A stretch of 64,000 nucleotides of DNA from an uncultured virus (IMG/VR IMGVR_UViG_3300048780_000186) (Duplodnaviria > Heunggongvirae > Uroviricota > Caudoviricetes), in IMG/VR virus record IMGVR_UViG_3300048780_000186; one strand, written 5' to 3'. Below, one piece after another: positions 1-7,385 of the stretch (position 1 is its first letter; the number at the start of each line of letters is the position of its first letter). A model generated the notes under the pieces. That model had not been told where the DNA came from, ran no database searches, and saw only the letters and a list, made by a program, of their open reading frames with translations. The position numbers and the translations under genes were made by a program.

Positions 1-91
1 CGCCGTGCTGTAGGCAACGCCTGAGTACCTTCTTGCCTTCAAACAGACATCCGCATTTCTCAGCTCTCAGTGCGTCAGTTGCCATGATTCC

Positions 92-532
92 TCAGTATTG
101 TGCGAGTGTGATTGCCGTGACATTGAACCGGCGTTTGGCCTTGTCGTAGATGTCGTCCAGATCGAGATCGATGCGTTCGCCGGCGCTGTTGAAGGCCGTT
201 GCATGCCCGTTGAGGTAGCGCAGCTTTTCACTGCCTATTTGCTCAAAGACAACGATCTGATCGTCCTGAATCAGTTCTGCCAGCTCGGCTACAAGATCGA
301 CTTCATCATTGTCCTCGTCTGCACCGAGATCGACCGTCGGCCAACCGCCGCTGTCGTTGACAGCGTCATCCGGCGCAACTCCAAACAGCTTTCTGGGATC
401 TTTGCCGTCGGCCGGTTTCTCTTCCATTTCTTCCCAAACCTCCAGACCGCGCTTGGCTGCCCACGCGCGGAAAGCAGCCTCATCCTTTACCGCAAAGTAG
501 TTGCTGCGTGCACTGCCGTACCAGTTTGCCAT
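92..532 (-). CDS. hypothetical phage protein
   Basis: 146-aa ORF, GGAG RBS upstream of ATG, same strand as neighbours. Confidence 0.75.
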   Translation of the reverse strand: MANWYGSARSNYFAVKDEAAFRAWAAKRGLEVWEEMEEKPADGKDPRKLFGVAPDDAVNDSGGWPTVDLGADEDNDEVDLVAELAELIQDDQIVVFEQIGSEKLRYLNGHATAFNSAGERIDLDLDDIYDKAKRRFNVTAITLAQY

Positions 533-606
533 GTGGTTCTCTCCTAGTCGCGGTACCGTTTCATCCGGTCCACCACTTGTTCGCGCGTTTCACCTTTCGG
601 CTGTAT

Positions 607-1110
607 TCACGCCGCAGTTTGTTCCAGCGCCACCACTCCAGAAATGCCTTGATCATTGCGCTCCCAACTCTTGTTCGCCATCAGGTCAAGCCAGTAGATC
701 CGCTCGGCCATCAGAATCCGGCCCAGCCAGTTCGTGCCTTGGCCATTGCAGACACCGTAGAAGTAGTCGTGCCAGGTGTTGCCCTCAACAAGATCGTGAG
801 GGAAGGTATTCACCAGCTGAATGCGAATGTCCTTGTTCTGGGTGAACTTGGCATGAACCACCTCGGACATGACGATCAGACTGATCTCTTTCCAGTCCGG
901 CCGCGTGAGATGCTTCAGCTCCTTCGAAAGCTTCTTGGCGCCTTTGCCATCCGTGCTCTCGTACTTGAGCCTGTATTCCTCATCTTGCGGCAGCAGCTTG
1001 GCCGCCTGGTAGGCGCTTTCGCCGTTCTGGTACAGATGGCCGCTATGCCACAGCGGCGCCTCATGGAAGTTCGACAACCAACGATATTCGCCCATGAATG
1101 AATCGATCAT
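607..1110 (-). CDS. NADAR (YbiA-like) family protein
   Basis: Motifs F.GEYRWLSNF, ESAYQAAK, W...M..VVHAKFTQN, LVEGNTWHDYFYG, G.NWLGRILM; start taken at MIDSF. Confidence 0.92.
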   Translation of the reverse strand: MIDSFMGEYRWLSNFHEAPLWHSGHLYQNGESAYQAAKLLPQDEEYRLKYESTDGKGAKKLSKELKHLTRPDWKEISLIVMSEVVHAKFTQNKDIRIQLVNTFPHDLVEGNTWHDYFYGVCNGQGTNWLGRILMAERIYWLDLMANKSWERNDQGISGVVALEQTAA

Positions 1111-1238
1111 CTTCAACCTTTCCGTCCCTGTGTCCCGATAGGAGCATCGCCAAACGTTCCCGTCAGAAACACAGGGCACGGGCGGTGAGACCGGATCGTT
1201 GGCGCGACCGGTACATAGTCTCTTTCCGCAGCTTGAGG

Positions 1239-1481
1239 CTACCGAGGTTTAACCTCAGTGCCCGTCCAAACGTGTGTTGCGGGTTCAGCCTTCATGGTCT
1301 TGGGTAGCTGCCGGCCTTCCCAGTGAACTTCGCTGGGCTCAAAGGTTCGGCTGTATTCACACGCTGTTTCCGCGTCCTCGTCACCTTCGAGGGCTTTCTT
1401 GAAAGCCTCTTCGATGGTCTCGGCTTCCACTTCCTTGGTGGCCCAGTGAAGCTCGGGTACTTCGATCTCAAACCTTGCCAT
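1239..1481 (-). CDS. hypothetical protein
   Basis: 80-aa acidic ORF with GGAGG RBS. Confidence 0.7.
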   Translation of the reverse strand: MARFEIEVPELHWATKEVEAETIEEAFKKALEGDEDAETACEYSRTFEPSEVHWEGRQLPKTMKAEPATHVWTGTEVKPR

Positions 1482-1601
1482 CGGTTCCTCCGTTGCAGGG
1501 TACTTCGTAGGCTTCGTGAAGGTCGTCGGCCTTCATCAGGAAGCGGCGCGCGCCTTCGCGCAAGCAGGCTTCATCCAACAGGATGGGATTCCAAAGTCAT
1601 T

Positions 1602-1934
1602 TCACTTCACTCGCACCATCGTCGTTGTAGCGAGGGTGTCGTAGACGGTGTCCAGCATCTGTTTGGCTAAGGCTCGTCCATCCGGATCGGCCATCAGAGC
1701 CACAAACTCCGGACTCTCGTTCCACAGGCTGAAGACCAGCGCTTTGAGGCCGGCGATGTCGCCACGGTCGATGAACTCCGAGCACCGCTCGCAGGCAGCC
1801 CAGACACGCGTGTAGTTGTGAGCGGGGCCGACTTCCGGCCCGGACTCCACAAACATGCGCACCAAGATGTCCCGGCCCGCGTCATAATGTCGTGTGGCTA
1901 AGTGCTGGCTGCAGAAATCACAATTGTCTGGCAT
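1602..1934 (-). CDS. hypothetical protein with two CxxC pairs
   Basis: CDFC ... CERC; AAGGAG RBS. Confidence 0.7.
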   Translation of the reverse strand: MPDNCDFCSQHLATRHYDAGRDILVRMFVESGPEVGPAHNYTRVWAACERCSEFIDRGDIAGLKALVFSLWNESPEFVALMADPDGRALAKQMLDTVYDTLATTTMVRVK

Positions 1935-1949
1935 CGTGCTCCTTCAAAT

Positions 1950-2039
1950 TGGCAGGGGCGACAGGATTTGAACCTGCAGTGAACTTGCGTTCCGTGGCTT
2001 TGGAGACCACTGTGCCGAACCGGATTGCACATCACCCCT
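1950..2039 (-). tRNA. tRNA-Trp(CCA) with atypical long variable arm
   Basis: AGGGGTG/CGCCCCT acceptor, G73-CCA, D stem GTGC/GCAC, anticodon arm GTGGT-CTCCAAA-GCCAC, V arm GAAC-GCAA-GTTC, T arm GCAGG-TTCAAAT-CCTGT. Confidence 0.9.
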
Positions 2040-2388
2040 GTGCTGTCCACTCGTTGAGACAATGACGGCAGTTGTATTGTGCCGCGGTCTCGGTGGTCCG
2101 CACATCATTCTTGGTTGTCCGAATGGTTATCTCGACTGAATCTACATTCCAGCTGAGGCATTTCGGACACTCCACATGTGTTGGTAACGGTCGAAGCATC
2201 GAGCCGCCAGGAAACTCCTTGCGCGCCTCAATCTCTTCAACCACACTCTTGACTTCTGCTTCGGTGAAGGGACGGCCCTTCACCCGAGCAGCCAGAACAT
2301 CGGCCACTTTGAGCCAGAACGGAGCGTCCCATCGTCCATGGGAACTGAAGCTCACCCAGCTCATGGGAATCTCGCCTATTTGTGACAT
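2032..2388 (-). CDS. hypothetical protein with C-terminal Zn ribbon
   Basis: CPKC ... CRHC; stop overlaps the tRNA 5' end by 8 nt. Confidence 0.6.
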   Translation of the reverse strand: MSQIGEIPMSWVSFSSHGRWDAPFWLKVADVLAARVKGRPFTEAEVKSVVEEIEARKEFPGGSMLRPLPTHVECPKCLSWNVDSVEITIRTTKNDVRTTETAAQYNCRHCLNEWTAQG

Positions 2389-3305
2389 TTGGCCTTCGTG
2401 TCCACGGTCAGTTTCTTGAAGTCGTAGACCCAGATCTTCGACTCGACGGCATTCGGCGGCAATGGGAAAGTGATCCCAGCCTTGGCCTCGACGTTGGTCA
2501 GCATCGTGTGGACACTCTCCAGGTCATTGCCCAGATCGCCTGCCTGAGGAAACAGGAAGGCGACGTACTGGCCCGTCACGGTATCGACCACGATCTTGTA
2601 GAAACCCGTGGGCACATCCACTTGGTCGGCGCCGATCTTCTTGTCCGTGGCCACGTCATAGACTGGCCCGGCATAGATCAGATAGGTATGACCGCTCTCG
2701 TAGGCGCCGGCGCGAACCGCCGTCTCGAGCAGCTTCCACAACCCTCGGTTCAAACCCGGGCGCTGAGGCGTCATATTGGAGAGCATGAAGCTCTCCCGTT
2801 CCACATCCGGATCCCAGCGCATGTCGCCGTCCGGAGCAATGTGGCCCATATCGAATCCGTTGCCCACATAGTCAGCCGGCTTGGCGCGACCGCCCTCCGG
2901 GAGGGTATCGTCGGCAGCAAAGGCATTGCTGCGCACTTCGCAGCCAACCGCATGTTCAGGCGTCAGGGTGTAAGACACCCACTCCGGAAGCTTGGCCACC
3001 TCATCGCTGTATACCAGATAGGCTCGCCGGCAAATGTAGGCGTGCGTGCTGTCAGCCGGGAGCAATTCTCCCCTGATGGTCAGAGGTGTCCCATAGGGAA
3101 CGAACTGATGACAGGAGCTGAGGGGTTGCTCTACAGGAGCTGAGTAGACAGTGGGTGCGAAGATCAGGGCAACCATGGCAACGGCCACAGCAAAGCCAAG
3201 GCCGCGGCAGAGTCTCTTGACTTGGCTGAGGGCACATGGAAAAGCCTTCTCATGTCCACACTCAATGCACCGCAGCTTGGTGCGCTCGGGGGTAACGGGC
3301 TTCAT
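2376..3305 (-). CDS. DNA/RNA non-specific endonuclease (NucA/EndoG family), probably exported
   Basis: PEWVSYTL, DYVGNGFDMGHIAP, ESFMLSNMTPQ..GLNRGLWKLLE, VPTGFYKIV; hydrophobic signal-like segment FAVAVAMVALIFAPTVYS. Confidence 0.93.
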   Translation of the reverse strand: MKPVTPERTKLRCIECGHEKAFPCALSQVKRLCRGLGFAVAVAMVALIFAPTVYSAPVEQPLSSCHQFVPYGTPLTIRGELLPADSTHAYICRRAYLVYSDEVAKLPEWVSYTLTPEHAVGCEVRSNAFAADDTLPEGGRAKPADYVGNGFDMGHIAPDGDMRWDPDVERESFMLSNMTPQRPGLNRGLWKLLETAVRAGAYESGHTYLIYAGPVYDVATDKKIGADQVDVPTGFYKIVVDTVTGQYVAFLFPQAGDLGNDLESVHTMLTNVEAKAGITFPLPPNAVESKIWVYDFKKLTVDTKAKCHK

Positions 3306-3489
3306 GATGCCGCCACACACCCATGGGGTTGGGATAAACCCGAAGATCTTCACACGACAATCGCAAACGAATGCACTTCCAAGTTGCATTTGGCACTCAC
3401 TTTCTGGTTCAAATCTCCCGCCGGGAAACGGTTCACCGGGCTAACCCGGCGGGAGGGTGGCGTTGTCCTTGATCTTGGACGACCTGAGC

Positions 3490-3837
3490 TTACGCACCAG
3501 GACGGGATTCACAACCCGTATTCACGCCCGCTTGTGGCTCCGGCTGCACCGGAACAAATTTGCTTCCCGGCTCTCTCATCGCCGCGAGAATACGAGCAGC
3601 CCGTTCTGTATCAAAGCTCTCGGGACGGCCGTCGTAGCAGCCTGGAATTCTCCCAGTGCTTGTCCGATAGCAACGGCTTCTGATCTCGTCGGCCAATTTC
3701 CGATCCGCTTCAGTCGGCGTCACATCGCATTTAAGACAGCGGTCGTTGACAATCTGATTGCAGCCGCAGCGATCGCAGAACGCATAGCCATCAACTCGAT
3801 AGTTGATACCGTTCTTTAACGCATACTCGTCCTGCAT
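3490..3837 (-). CDS. hypothetical protein with CxxC pairs
   Basis: CDRC, CLKC; GGAG RBS before MQDEY. Confidence 0.6.
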   Translation of the reverse strand: MQDEYALKNGINYRVDGYAFCDRCGCNQIVNDRCLKCDVTPTEADRKLADEIRSRCYRTSTGRIPGCYDGRPESFDTERAARILAAMREPGSKFVPVQPEPQAGVNTGCESRPGA

Positions 3838-3851
3838 TGTTTCTCCATTCA

Positions 3852-3982
3852 TGGTGGGGCAAGGAGGACTTGAACCTCCATGCAACGCCGGTCATGCAGC
3901 CCGGTTGCGCCTATCCTGCAGGGTTGAGCACTGTTGCGCCGGATTATCGGTCCGGTGTGTCTACCAGTTTCACCATCGCCCC
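3852..3982 (-). tRNA. atypical 131-nt tRNA: Leu-type body, GAT anticodon, 59-nt variable region
   Basis: GGGGCGA/TTGCCCC acceptor, A73-CCA, D arm GTG-AAACTGGTAGA-CAC, anticodon arm CCGGA-CCGATAA-TCCGG, T arm GGAGG-TTCAAGT-CCTCC. Confidence 0.85.
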
Positions 3983-4046
3983 ATTTGAGGAGCCGAGCCC
4001 AGAAGGCTTATTAGGCCAGCCCGAGCCCGGCTCCGAAGGTTCCGAA

Positions 4047-4250
4047 ATTGGGTCACCTATCAAACCATCAGAGGGTTACGCTGCGTTCGCCACCCACAAT
4101 CGCCAGAATGCTGTGATTCACCGATTAGCTCCATGCGCGCTATGAATTGACAGCTCACTTCCTGGGCCGTCCGAAGACTTACCAGAGCGCGTACCACGGC
4201 TGGTTGGGGCATTCTCCCACCTCTGCTTCGTTGGTTCCGAAGAACCGATC
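4047..4250 (-). ncRNA. structured RNA of unknown family with a possible kissing loop
   Basis: Two C-UUCG-G hairpins, CAGAGG/CCTCTG long-range stem, CGCGCT/AGCGCG stem, loop AGAATGC complementary to downstream GCATTCT. Confidence 0.6.
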
Positions 4251-4252
4251 TC

Positions 4253-4339
4253 GTGCCAGGGGACGGATTTGTCACCGTCATCTCTCCGGCGGATTAACGC
4301 GTCTCCGCAGGCCGCTCTACTTCTTGAGCTACTCCCGAC
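4253..4339 (-). ncRNA. degenerate tRNA-like element
   Basis: D arm TA-GCTC-AAGAAGTA-GAGC, T-like arm GACGG-TGACAAAT-CCGTC, weak acceptor GTCGGGA/CCCTGGC, enlarged anticodon arm, no CCA. Confidence 0.55.
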
Positions 4340-4345
4340 TCAATA

Positions 4346-4611
4346 CTTCAACCGGTGTGCTGTTACGCTAAAGAGTCCATGTCTCGCCTTACCAGGCCAG
4401 CCGCAGTTTGCGTAGCAAGAAACGTGTGAACTGCGACCCGCGTGCCAATAGCGTTTGGCGTGAATGCAGCAATTCCCGGCGAGCAGCCGGCCTGCTTCAT
4501 CTCTGCACCCCGAACTGCCACGCATACCATTCCGATACGTCTCCGGCAGTCCCCGTGTCACGACTCACTCCTTGGAGGATGGCTGCTATCAAGCCAACCT
4601 TCCGGTTGAAG
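4346..4611 (-). ncRNA. 23S rRNA uL11-binding domain (H43/H44) mimic with a 198-nt insertion
   Basis: CCGGAAGGTTGGCTTGATAGCAGCCATCCTCCAAGGAGT-[198 nt]-GCGTAACAGCACACCGG aligns to E. coli 23S 1052-1107; closed by the 10-bp stem CTTCAACCGG/CCGGTTGAAG. Confidence 0.85.
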
Positions 4612-4617
4612 AACTTG

Positions 4618-4848
4618 TTAGGCCGCGGCGGTCAGCGTGACCGAGCTGATGGGGGTCGGCGCCGAAGCGGCGGGCTTGGCTGCCTTGGTTGCCTTGGCGG
4701 GCTTCGCTGCGGCCGCCGGCGCGTTGGCGGCGATCTTCTGGCTGGCGATCGCGGTAAAGAAGTTCAGCGCGGTCTGGGTTTGCTCGACGGTTGCGGTTGC
4801 AATGTATTCCACCAGGTACTGCTCAAAGCTCTTGGCTTTCTTTGCCAT
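4618..4848 (-). CDS. small Ala/Lys-rich protein
   Basis: 76 aa, GAGG RBS, histone-like AKPAKATKAAKPAA tail. Confidence 0.7.
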   Translation of the reverse strand: MAKKAKSFEQYLVEYIATATVEQTQTALNFFTAIASQKIAANAPAAAAKPAKATKAAKPAASAPTPISSVTLTAAA

Positions 4849-4871
4849 TCGAATTCCTCTTTCGGTTGGGT

Positions 4872-5185
4872 TAATGATTGAGCCACACAGGACTGTTGTT
4901 CCTGTCTCTTTCACCGTGTTCAGGATCGAGACTGACGGGATCCATCCTGTGTGGTCCAGTCATGAGCGTTTTGTTCCGCCGGACTCGCTCCCACCGGTCT
5001 TAATGCCCGATCCGAGTGCTAGGTGAAGCCGTACAGCATGGCTTCACTGGCACTGCGTCGTAGGCATCTTTTGGGGCATCACGGTTGAACTCGTGACATC
5101 CTCCACCACCTGATGTGTTTCATGGCATCAGGACCACTCCTTGGTTTTACTGGCCAAGAACAGGTTGCACCATCAGGGAAAACCC
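4872..5185 (-). ncRNA. hairpin-dense non-coding region (candidate ncRNA or leader)
   Basis: Consecutive stems, e.g. CCACACAGGA(4883)/TCCTGTGTGG(4945) and GTGAAGCC(5023)/GGCTTCAC(5040); no credible ORF; strand inferred from context. Confidence 0.5.
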
Positions 5186-5446
5186 TTATGGCGTTTGATC
5201 TGCCGTCAGTTTGACAAGATCAGTTGAACTACCAAAGCTCCCATCGGCGTTTCCTTGCCTGAATCGACGAACAGCAGATTGGCCAATTACACGCAGAAGG
5301 TTTGCTGATACTTGCAACTCCAGGATTTCTCCTTGGAGCCTGCGGATTTCGGTTCCTAATCGTGTCATCATCTGTTCGTGACAATCAGCGCAAACAGCCC
5401 GTCGCATTCGTCTCGACGAGCACTTTTGACATACGCACATGTTCAT
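5186..5446 (-). CDS. hypothetical protein (CxxC pairs plus coiled coil)
   Basis: CQKC, CADC, followed by a heptad-rich segment. Confidence 0.6.
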   Translation of the reverse strand: MNMCVCQKCSSRRMRRAVCADCHEQMMTRLGTEIRRLQGEILELQVSANLLRVIGQSAVRRFRQGNADGSFGSSTDLVKLTADQTP

Positions 5447-5551
5447 TGCCCTTGAATTGCGTTTCCTGTTTGGGACAGCTGGATGACCGAGATTGGTCCC
5501 GGCGAGCGAAGGTTCGGAACATGGTCCCCGACCAGTTCGCCGCCGCTGAAA

Positions 5552-5682
5552 GTTAAGACGGGCGGATGCCTGATCAGGCATGCTCGCTGCTACTGTTATT
5601 GTTGGCGGAGAGCCGTCTCACGCGACATTTGTCTGGAATCATGCTGCGCCGGATGGAGGCTTTGCCGCTGCCGGTCGGATAG
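5552..5682 (+). pseudogene. frameshifted C-terminal remnant of an IS1380-family transposase
   Basis: Reads VKTGGCLIRHARCY /shift/ LLAESRLTRHLSGIMLRRMEALPLPVG*, resembling the KTGGRL.KHARYYWLLLAESHLTRRLFG.M.RRI..LP.P end that I recall from IS1380 transposases. Confidence 0.65.
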
Positions 5683-5859
5683 ACGCGGCAGCCAGGCGAA
5701 ACCAATCTGGAAGACGGAAGGGAGTTGAGGAAGGGTACTTGATAAATAGCTTTGAAATGGGGCAAATAATGGCATTCTAGGGCCGGTAGCGGCTCAGCCG
5801 GGCACGCTGCGTGCTTTGAATATTGAATATGCTTTTTGCAGCCTTCTAATAAGTTTCGA

Positions 5860-6210
5860 CTATGCCGCCTTGTCCAGATGCCTGGCGAGCATCCGCTCCA
5901 CCGACGCCACAGACTGATAGCCCGTGACCGTCTCGGCACGGCTGCCGCTCTTGAACAGGATCAGGGTAGGAATACCCCTGACACCATAAGCAATGGTCTG
6001 GCCCTGTTCTGCATCCACGTCGTACTCGACAACCTTTAGGTTGGAGTGCTTTTCGGCAACGGTCTCAACTACAGCTTTCAGTTGCTTGCAAGGGCCGCAC
6101 CAGGCGGCGGCGAAGAACACCAGAACCGCACCTGGGTAGTTGGTTACGTCGGCGCACCAGTCCTTGTCCGACGTCGGCATAATCTTCGTGAGCGAAGTCT
6201 TCACTGACAT
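5860..6210 (-). CDS. trxA: thioredoxin
   Basis: F.AAWCGPCK active site, YGVRGIPTLILFKSG. Confidence 0.95.
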   Translation of the reverse strand: MSVKTSLTKIMPTSDKDWCADVTNYPGAVLVFFAAAWCGPCKQLKAVVETVAEKHSNLKVVEYDVDAEQGQTIAYGVRGIPTLILFKSGSRAETVTGYQSVASVERMLARHLDKAA

Positions 6211-6364
6211 TGCGGTTCTCCTGACTATGAGTTCAGAACAGTTCACCCGGTCCTGCGCACGCAGTCCTCGCTCTCGCCTCCCTCGAGGAGGATCGCGCGC
6301 GGACTGCGTGGGCCTTCCCGGCCAATAGGACGAATCTGTCTATAGGGTGAAACACCTAGCCGTT

Positions 6365-6790
6365 TCAGTCTTCGGCAGGATGAGCGACTTGGTTGCCGTC
6401 TTCTCCCACTGACTGCTGGGCGTCTTCGTCCTCGTCCTCGCCGTCTTCCGGCTCTCTGCCGGCGCCGGGGTCCATGTTGAAGTCACACGGTCGGCACTCG
6501 TGGCCAGTGAGTGCCTGGAAGCTCTCCTGGATGTTGTCCATGGTTGCGGCCAGGTTCTTTCCGTCGAGGTCGCTGATTCCCTGTTGGGTCAGCAGGCAGT
6601 CGTTGTAGACCGTTTCCATCGTGGTGAGCGCGTTGTCGACCAGTTTCAACTCAGGAACTGCTGCGAACAATGCCTCAGCCATGGAAGAACAGTCGGCGTG
6701 CATAAAGGATCCGATGAACTGCAGGATCTTCTCAGCCAGCTTGTCGGAAACGACAACCGGCTCCGGTGGGACGATTTCAAACATAGACAT
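6365..6790 (-). CDS. hypothetical acidic protein
   Basis: ORF with phage-like codon usage and acidic C-terminal tail. Confidence 0.65.
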   Translation of the reverse strand: MSMFEIVPPEPVVVSDKLAEKILQFIGSFMHADCSSMAEALFAAVPELKLVDNALTTMETVYNDCLLTQQGISDLDGKNLAATMDNIQESFQALTGHECRPCDFNMDPGAGREPEDGEDEDEDAQQSVGEDGNQVAHPAED

Positions 6791-7385
6791 CGACGTTCTC
6801 GCTTTCGGTGACACGGACTAAGCCGGCGCCGGGAATAAGGCCAAGATGGTTTACGGCCGTGAGCAGGGTCTGATTCATCAGGACTGCCTCAGCCCCTTTG
6901 TTGAACTGCATTACCGGAATGTTCAGAGCCTCGGCGATGCGAATCCCCTGTCCTGTTCCGCCGCCACCATCTGCATTCGGGAAAGCAATTACCAGATGTG
7001 CTGGTTGGATGACACCGAAGTTGCGTGCGTGGAGTGCCCTTGCGCCGTTGGTCAGCTTGTCAGGCGCCGGATGGTAGTTCTCAACAGACTCGAACCATTT
7101 AGCAGTCCGAAAACGGTCAGCAATGATAAGGCGCGCGCATTTGGGAATGATCTCCTTGTTGTAGGAGGCCCAAGGGAGACAGATGTCCAGCATATCGATC
7201 CGTGCGCCCAGCATGGCTGCCTGGTCAATCCCGTAAGCTCCGCCTGTCTTGATCCTGCAGCCGTAATGGTGGCTCAGGTGGTAGGCGAGGAACCGGGCCT
7301 TTCGCTCCTGACGCTGGTCAGGGTTTCGAGTTCCGATGATGGCAACTGCCAGCTCGTCCACGTCAGGCGGCCTTGCTGCGCTCAA
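6777..7385 (-). CDS. SLOG superfamily (DprA/Smf/YspA-like) protein
   Basis: AIIGTR, TGGAYGIDQAA, LHARN, GGGTGQGIRIAEALNIPV. Confidence 0.8.
   Translation of the reverse strand: MSAARPPDVDELAVAIIGTRNPDQRQERKARFLAYHLSHHYGCRIKTGGAYGIDQAAMLGARIDMLDICLPWASYNKEIIPKCARLIIADRFRTAKWFESVENYHPAPDKLTNGARALHARNFGVIQPAHLVIAFPNADGGGGTGQGIRIAEALNIPVMQFNKGAEAVLMNQTLLTAVNHLGLIPGAGLVRVTESENVDVYV

Noticed and set aside
1505..1545. CTGATGA followed by a weak stem and GAA on the minus strand
   Set aside because: No convincing stems I and III; the sequence reads as a small ORF
4346..4611. A true rRNA gene or host contamination
   Set aside because: Only the ~58-nt domain matches 23S; the flanks are non-rRNA and pair with each other, and the domain is split by an insert
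5073..5108. GGGGCAT...CTCCACCA on the + strand resembling tmRNA or tRNA-Ala ends
   Set aside because: Only 36 nt apart, no TTCRA T loop, poor acceptor pairing and opposite to local transcription
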